Positions 13,208 to 20,000 of a DNA stretch of 20,000 bases are shown here, piece by piece; position 1 is the first letter of the stretch, and each line of letters begins with the position of its first letter. Location of the stretch: positions 248,243-268,242 of the forward strand of contig MU057847.1 of assembly GCA_013265495.1 (NCBI GenBank), given 5' to 3'. The notes beneath the pieces were generated by a model. The model made no database searches and was not told the DNA's origin. It was given only the letters and a program-made list of their open reading frames with translations. Both the position numbers and the translations under genes were made by a program. Origin of the DNA: Vicugna vicugna. Taxonomy: Eukaryota.

Positions 13208-13370
13208 ATCCAGAGCTAAAAGAAACTTCACAGATCAGCCCTGGTTTCACAAATGAGGGAATTGAGGGCTAGAGAAGGCAAGCGACTTGCTGCAGGTCAC
13301 AATGGGAGTTTGTGACACAGCCAAGATTGGAAGCTAGGGCTCTTGCCTCTTTGTTTAAAGTTCTTTCCAT
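13208..13370 (-). mobile_element. MIR3/MIR-like fragment
   Basis: TTTCACAAATGAGGGAATTGAGGGCTAGAGAAGGCAAGCGACTTGCTGCAGGTCACA. Confidence 0.65.
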
Positions 13371-13454
13371 GTGGCCAGAAAGCTTCCAAAGGACACGGAA
13401 TGTCTCCCCCCACAATAAGAAATTATTTCAGATTTCCAAATCAGAAGAGTTGCA

Positions 13455-13640
13455 ATTCAACACGTATTTATTGAACAGGTACTAGGTGCTAATGGAGCTG
13501 GTGTTTGTGGGGCAATAAGAGAAGGATATGATACAGTTTTTAATCTTCCAGTAGCTAACTGAGAAGACAAGAGGCAAAGATTTGAAACAGTTAAGTAAAA
13601 ATAACAAGCAGTATGTGAGAAGTGCCAAAATTGGGGGAAC
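13455..13640 (-). mobile_element. L2 3'-end fragment
   Basis: ATTCAACACGTATTTATTGAACAGGTACTAGGTG is the reverse of the L2 3' terminus. Confidence 0.55.
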
Positions 13641-13774
13641 AGTGAGTCCAAGGGAGAGCTCAAAGGAGACAGACTGCAATGCTTCCCATCTCGTGGCAAA
13701 GGTACCTTTAAGTTGGGTTGGAGAGGATTTAAATAGAAAAATTAAAGACCACCCTGCTGCTCAACTCAAGGGGG

Positions 13775-13912
13775 TTCCCTTCAAACTGGGGGCCATGTGG
13801 TCAGGAGGCAGGAAGAGAAATCCAAGTAAGCCAGGTTGGTCAAGGCCCAGGAATTTGTATTTTTAAAGGCCACCCATGTGATTATTATGCTCAGCCAGGT
13901 TTGAAGTTCACC
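13775..13912. mobile_element. MER5-like hAT DNA transposon remnant
   Basis: GGCCCAGGAATTTGTATTTTTTAAAG..CCCATGTGATTATTATGCTCAGCCAGGTTTGA resembles the MER5A end. Confidence 0.55.
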
Positions 13913-14004
13913 CGTGTAAAGGAGAATGCAAAACAGATTGGAGAAGGACACCCTGATCCTCTCCCTAGCTCATCCTCAGTTTCTCTGGGGGAGGAGGGTA
14001 CCAA

Positions 14005-14100
14005 TAATTCTTGTCCACATTTTACTGAAGGGAAAACTGAGGGTCCAGAGCCTTTCAATGGTGTGCTCAAGGTCATTCACTAAGTAGTGGGGGCTTGGTT
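14005..14100 (-). mobile_element. MIR fragment
   Basis: CCACATTTTACTGAAGGGAAAACTGAGGGTCCAGAG...CTCAAGGTCA. Confidence 0.55.
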
Positions 14101-14680
14101 TCCTGCCAGCCAGCAGAAACGGAAAGATCACAATATACCATCCCAAGGAAGATTTTGCTTCATTTCTCTGCAAGACAAGCCAGACCCGCTTGGCTAGCCA
14201 GAGTTTGTTGCCCAGAGTACAGAAAGGAGCATGTCTCTGGAGCTGCCAGGTGTATGGGACAGCGCCCAGGCGAGGTTAGTCGCTGGGAGCTCAGAGTTCT
14301 AACTTTGCTGTGTGACTCAGCCCAAGCCACTTCCCCTCTCTCTTTGTCTGTCCTTCACCTATTAATAACGATGCCCAACGTCACTGTTGGGAGAGCTACC
14401 AGTGATGGAAAGTGCACAGCGCAGTTAGTCCCGATGTGATTCCTGGGAACAGAAGGGATCTGCAGCCATCTGCCGACTGTTGGGAGTGAAATGTGTGCCG
14501 GCTGCCTGTGGAGCAGAGGCACTTTCTTCCCAGGAGGAGAGCGAGCAAACTGGGGGCAGTCTGGTCTTAGGAGGAAAAAGAAAAAAAAAAGCAGGTTATC
14601 TGGAGGGAAGGCAAAAAACATTCATCAGAAGGAAATGTTCTGAAGACTTCGGCAGGACTGAGAAATAGTTAAAATCAACC

Positions 14681-15680
14681 TTTTTTTATAAATTCTGGCA
14701 AAATATACATGATGTAGAATTTACCATTTTAGCCATTTTAGGTATACAGTTTAGAGGTATTAGGCACATTCACATTATTATGCAACCATTACCACATCCA
14801 TCTCCAGATTTTTCGGTTTTTCATCTTGCAAAACCGAAACTCTGTCTCCATTAAACACCAGCTCTCCATTCTCTACTCCATCCAGCCCTGGCAATCATTG
14901 TTCTTTCTCTCTGAATTTGACAACCCCCAGTATCTCAAATAAGTGGAATCATACAGTATTTGTCCTTTCATGACTGGCTTATTTCACTTAGTATAATAAC
15001 CTCAGTGTTCATTCATGTTGTAGTGTGTGTCAGAATTTTCTTCCTTTTAAAGGCCAAATAATATTCCATTATATGGACATATATTTTGCTTATCCATTCA
15101 TCCATCAGTGGACACTTGGATTGCTTCCACATTTTGGCTATTGTAAATAACACTGCTATAAACATGAGTATACAAATATCTCTTCCAGACTCTGCTTTCA
15201 TGTCTTTTGGATATATACCCAGAAGTAGAATTGCTGGATGCATGGTAATTCTATTTTTAATTTTTTTGAGGAACCACCATACTGTTTACCACAGCAGCTG
15301 CATGATTTTACATTCCTACCAGCAATGTATAAGGGTTCTAATTTCTCCATATCCTCACCAACACTTGTTATTTTCTGTTGTTTTCTTTTTATGATAGCCA
15401 TGCTAATGGGTGAGAAGTGACATATCATTGTGGTTTTGATTTGCATTTCCCTAATGATTAGTGATTTGACCATCTTTCATGTGCTTACTGGTCATTTGTA
15501 TATCTTCTTTGGAGAAATGTCTATTAAGTCCTTTGCCCATTTTTAAATCAGGTTTTTTGTTGTTTTCTTGTTGAGTTTTAAGAGTTCTCTATATATGCTT
15601 GTTATTAATCCCCTATCAGATATTTGATTTGCAAATATTTTCGCCCATTCTGTGGGTTGCTGTTCACTCTGCTGATCCTG
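14681..15680 (-). mobile_element. 5'-truncated ancient LINE-1 (L1M-type: ORF2 C-terminus + 3' UTR)
   Basis: Poly(T) at 14681 followed by an L1M-like 3' UTR. Broken minus-strand frames give ORF2 C-terminal motifs ([47 protein letters not shown]). Confidence 0.92.
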
Positions 15681-15779
15681 AATCACTCTGTTGATCACTC
15701 TGTTGATCCTGATCTAAAGGCTTTGGCAGAACTGAGAGATGGTTATAATCAGGGTTTGGATCATTAACTTTAAAGTATG

Positions 15780-15985
15780 TGGATTCAAAAATCTAGATAT
15801 TTGATATTGGGCATGCTACTTAACCTCTTTGAGCCTGCCTTACTTTTTTCATCTGAAAAATGGGGATAATGCTTATAATAGAATCTAGCTTGTAAGATCA
15901 CTCTATTGAAGAGTAAATCAGATCACACATCTAAAATCCCAGCACAGAATCTAGCCCAGATGAAACATTCAGTAAGTGGTAGCCC
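15780..15985 (+). mobile_element. MIR fragment
   Basis: TTGGGCATGCTACTTAACCTCTTTGAGCCT...TCATCTGAAAAATGGGGATAAT...CAGCACAGAATCTAG...CAGTAAGTGGTAGC. Confidence 0.7.
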
Positions 15986-16164
15986 TTTTTAGTATTGGAC
16001 ATAAGAAGGAATCAGAATGATGTAATTGAAATGTGACATTCATTATTATCAAATGGGAGTGTAGGACAACAATGTTAAATAACCAACCTGAACACAGTAA
16101 TATTACATAATACTCATGGACCTTGGCATAGCAAGTTGCAGTTTACAAAGCATTTGAACACATA

Positions 16165-16850
16165 TCATTCATTCAACAGGCTCTGCTGGAAACAATGAGG
16201 ACACAGTCCTGCAGAACTGAGTGGAAGAAACCATCAAGGGAAAAGGCAGCTTCAATCAGAGTGATAAGTGCTAAGAAGACAGAAGCATGGGGTGCTTGGG
16301 GCACACAGAGGAGGAGCAACTCGGACAAGGGGCAGGAGGATTTCCCAGGTGGGTGGTATGGACACGGAATTCTGCAAGACTACAGGGTTGGGGGAAGAAA
16401 GTGGTGCTGGAAGAGGCTGAATGTCTTAGCTAGAGGAAAAACCTACTGCAAAGGCTGGAACTCTCTCTCACCTCCAATGAGGCTGGCTCACTGGGGAATG
16501 GCTACCAGTTTATTATGTCTGGAGCCTGGAACTTAAGAGAGAGGAGAAGTGTGACTTAAGCCTGGAGAGGCAGGCAGGTGCCAGACCATGAAGGGCCTTG
16601 TAGACCAGAGCAAGGACTTTGGATCCTCTCCTGAGAGTAATAAGAAGCTATTGAAGGCTTGTAAGCAGATTCGTGATGTAACCAGCTTTGCCTTTTAGAA
16701 AGATCTCTGACTGCACTGCATAGAATGGAACGAAAAGGACACAGCCTGGGGAAGACCAGGTAGAAAGATGAACTAAAGAAGGAACAGTGAGGACAGAGAG
16801 AAGTGGAGGGTTCAAGAGACATTTAGGATAAAATGGATGACCTCAGTTGA
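16165..16850 (-). mobile_element. L2 LINE fragment
   Basis: Starts TCATTCATTCAACA (reverse L2 tail); internal GAAGGGCCTTGTAGACCAG..AAGGACTTTGGAT..GAAGCTATTGAAGG..TTTTAGAAAGATCTCTGACTGC is typical of L2. Confidence 0.7.
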
Positions 16851-19800
16851 CTGGAAATAACTCAGGTATTAGCATCATTCCTTCATTTGAGATGGGCAAC
16901 AGAGGCTGAGGAGGGTTCAATGATTTGTACAAGGTCCCAGAGTTGGAAAGAATCCAATCAGGACTCTCTTGTCTTTCCATCCTGACATCTCCTGTTCACT
17001 CCTCCAGAATATGCTGTCAGATGAGTTCCTAGATCTTTTTGTGTAAATCCCCTTTCAGGGACTCAAGTTTTGTTTCCCCACTGACTGTTTTGCAGCATAT
17101 AATCACTTCAGAGGCACTTGATCTCTGTTTTTAATTGGTTGTCAATATCCTGAGGCTTTGCACCTTTGAGCTTCAAGACATTATTTTCCTTCCGTTCTAC
17201 TTAGGGTTTAAACAGCAGCCTGGAAGCAAACCCTTCCATCCCAGGGAGGCTCAAATGAACAGTCCAGGGCTCAGAAAGAGTGAGCCCAAGTCATAGGCTT
17301 GACCACTAATTAGCTGTGGGATAGAATGAGTCTACAAACTCCTAGGTGAAAACGCAGAGGAAGAGAACAAATGAATGCATTCTTCACTTGGATTCAACAA
17401 CTTTAGAATCTCTTAAAATAAGTATACCTTCAAGCTGTCAATAACGACTCTCCCATGAATCTGTTTGGCAAAGTGGGTTTCAGACCCCATAAGATGCTCA
17501 TAGATGTTAGGGATTTCCCTGAAAGTCGACTGCTTGCTCACCAGGGAGTATGTCCCTGCTCTGTAGTTGCTGAGCACCGTTATCAGACTTAAACTGTCAA
17601 CCAATATGCTTGGGTATATTTGGTTTTCTGTCACACTTGTACTCCTAAAACTCTCTCCCTCTTCCCCTTTCTTTTTTTGGTGGGGGTAGAGGAAGTGTAA
17701 GTCTCTGAGTTATATAAGCTGCAGGAAGAGATAAAATGAACAAAGAAGGTGAATGGACAGTTTACTGAAAAGCCCCACCACCTACTGTGAGTATCCTGAG
17801 GCGTGGAGGAGACGGTGAAGGAGCAGTATCTCTCCTGAACGGCAGGGCCCTGCACCTGGAGGGTGAGATAGCATTATTATTCTTGCTTCAAACCCCACAA
17901 GCTAGGCAGCCTGTGAATGACCAAGGACCTCTGGCGGTACCAACTTGTCCGGGACCAGGACCAGAGCCCAGCAGGGCTGCAGCTCCTGATCAACAGGAAG
18001 GATGGAGCCCTGACACTCCACCCTGCTTCCAGGGGCTGGGCTCCAGGTCACAGGCCCGTGCAGTGACCCCCTTGCGATGTGGAGGCAAGGTCAAGTCCAA
18101 AGACTCCGGCACTCCTGAGGGCCCTCTGCCCCTCCTGTGGCTCCACGAATAGCAGGAGGTGCTGGGCTTGAGGACCCTGTGCTCTTCACCCCAGGGCATT
18201 CGGTTCCTGGAGGGAGATGGCACCCCTGTGTGGGTGCTTCTCTCTAGTGAGCACCGACAGCCCAGTCTGGCTGTGACACGGTGGACCAGGAGGCCAGCAA
18301 CAGGACAAATCAGTCCCTGTATGTGTGGGGGGTGTGTGTGTGGCAGGGTCACCTGGGAGCGAAGTCCCTCATTGTCCCCGATATCACAGCACCATGATCC
18401 ACAGGAGCAGAAACCTCATGGGAGGCCTGACAGAGGAGCTAAAGGGAGACAGGAAGAGGGATGGGAAGGCCCTTTGTGGACAGTGGGCCCTGGGCAGGTA
18501 GAAGAGAAACACCATTGACAGTGATTCCAGAGCCCTTGTGATTCTGTCAGCAAACACCCACCTGTGCAAAGACACCATGGGTGTCACAAACTTGAAGAAG
18601 GTCTGACTGTGCTTTTAGGAGAGTCAGACAAGGTCCACACACATCAGCACAATCAGGAGAGCCTGTGGGGGTGGGGGTTGGGGAGCAGATATGGAAGAGA
18701 AGGCTTGCCGGAGGCAGTGAGTTTGGGGCCAGGCTGTAAAGGAGAGCTCTGGGCTGGTCTTCAGGGAGTGGGCCTTGCCATGTCTGATGTGAAGCAGAAA
18801 CCTCTTCCGGCTGTGGTGGCCTTGGGTCCTTCCCCCTGCCCCAGCCTGACCCTGATGAGCGATCTGCAAAGGGAAAGGATGTGGCCACTTCTGCTGACTG
18901 ACGGTGGGAAAGAGAGCACCTTTCCCTAAGGAAATCTGAAATCCTGGATAGAGCCAACTTCCTGGCCTAGAGAAGATAAGAAGTCATGGGTGGATGGCTG
19001 GAGATGGAGGGCAGGCAACCACTGAACACCAGAGAGATAGGGAATGGGACATCCTGAATGGGTTTGTACCCCTGGGCAGACTCAGGCAGATGACTAAGGC
19101 CCTGGAAATTGACCCATGGACTTCTGGGCTAGATACTTGCTGTGAAGAGAGCCCCAGTGTCAGAGCTGGGAGGAGACTCTCCCTCAGTTTTGCATATGTA
19201 TTCCCTGAAGGCACATCCACTCAGCTTTTTCCTTTCTTCTTTGTTTCCTGGTGCCAATTAGTCCTCCCTCCCAGGGACTTGGACCCAACTCCAACCTCCT
19301 AGGGAGATAGCTTGCTGCTGCTGTAAAAGCACCATCTCCTCTGGGGTCCTCTTCACTCCCACCATTTCTTAGCCATAGTTTTTCATTGGCAACAGCTGCT
19401 CCATGACAACAGGCTTTCTCCATGGGAAACTCAGTGCCCAGTCCTGCCTCCCTTCACAAAGAAGAGGCTCCAGGTTCACACTTCTTTACCAGAGACTTCA
19501 TAATTAACAGCAGTCATCATGTTGTGTTTCAGCCCCGCTGATAAGTGGAGAAGAAAACTGGGTATGACTGAGTATAAACAGAATCTTAGCAAATATATCA
19601 GAATATCACACTGTGTGCAACTGGGAGGGCCTAGCCCCCAGAGGTCTTAGCCAACCCCTCTAAGAAGGGCCCAGGAAAGATGGTGGAGGAGACAGCAGGA
19701 TGGGGACCATGGACAGTTCTGCCATCTTTGAGTTTCATATGTCAAACAAGAACAGATACAAATGACAGTTTCAATGGTGCCTGGCATTGATCCATTGAAA

Positions 19801-20000
19801 GTTACCCAATACATTTGGCAGATGTGTAAATGCATTATTTAATTAATAAAGTTGATCATTTGGGGTAGGAGGTGAAGAGGATGAGAGGGCACTGTGCTAG
19901 GCAAGAGGGGAGGAGATTGGTGGCACAAAGAGGAATATGTGCTTATGTAAGAGACAGAAGAGCTTCTTAATAATAATTTTAGTAGTAATAGTTAATTATT

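Noticed and set aside
15013..15473. ORFs with protein-like sequence
   Set aside because: Frameshifted remnants of L1 ORF2, not a host gene.
17413..17634. 73-aa minus-strand ORF with ordinary composition
   Set aside because: Starts at a non-ATG codon, no recognisable homology, no convincing exon boundaries.

Overview
Mammalian genomic DNA containing the 5' part of LONRF3 (LON peptidase N-terminal domain and RING finger 3) on the minus strand. A young tRNA-derived SINE resembling the camelid Vic-1 family suggests a camelid source. Coding exon 1 (9473-8675), exon 2 (5973-5855) and exon 3 (2685-2563) have canonical GT-AG boundaries with matching phases; exon 4 onward lies beyond position 1. A CpG-island promoter carries TATA, E-box, CCAAT and GC boxes plus an inverted pair of D-box-like sites. 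The rest is intronic or intergenic sequence with MIR, L2, L1, MER5-like and SINE repeats. I see no new multi-gene system. The best leads are regulatory: a strong-Kozak 35-codon uORF before a weaker main AUG; a second, upstream CpG island with a splice donor that could yield a uORF-free leader; recurrent PAR-bZIP/D-box motif clusters; a symmetric 123-nt exon 3; and an old L1 flanked by a ~38-bp direct repeat with tandem copies at its 5' junction. Repeat boundaries are approximate and were assigned by eye.
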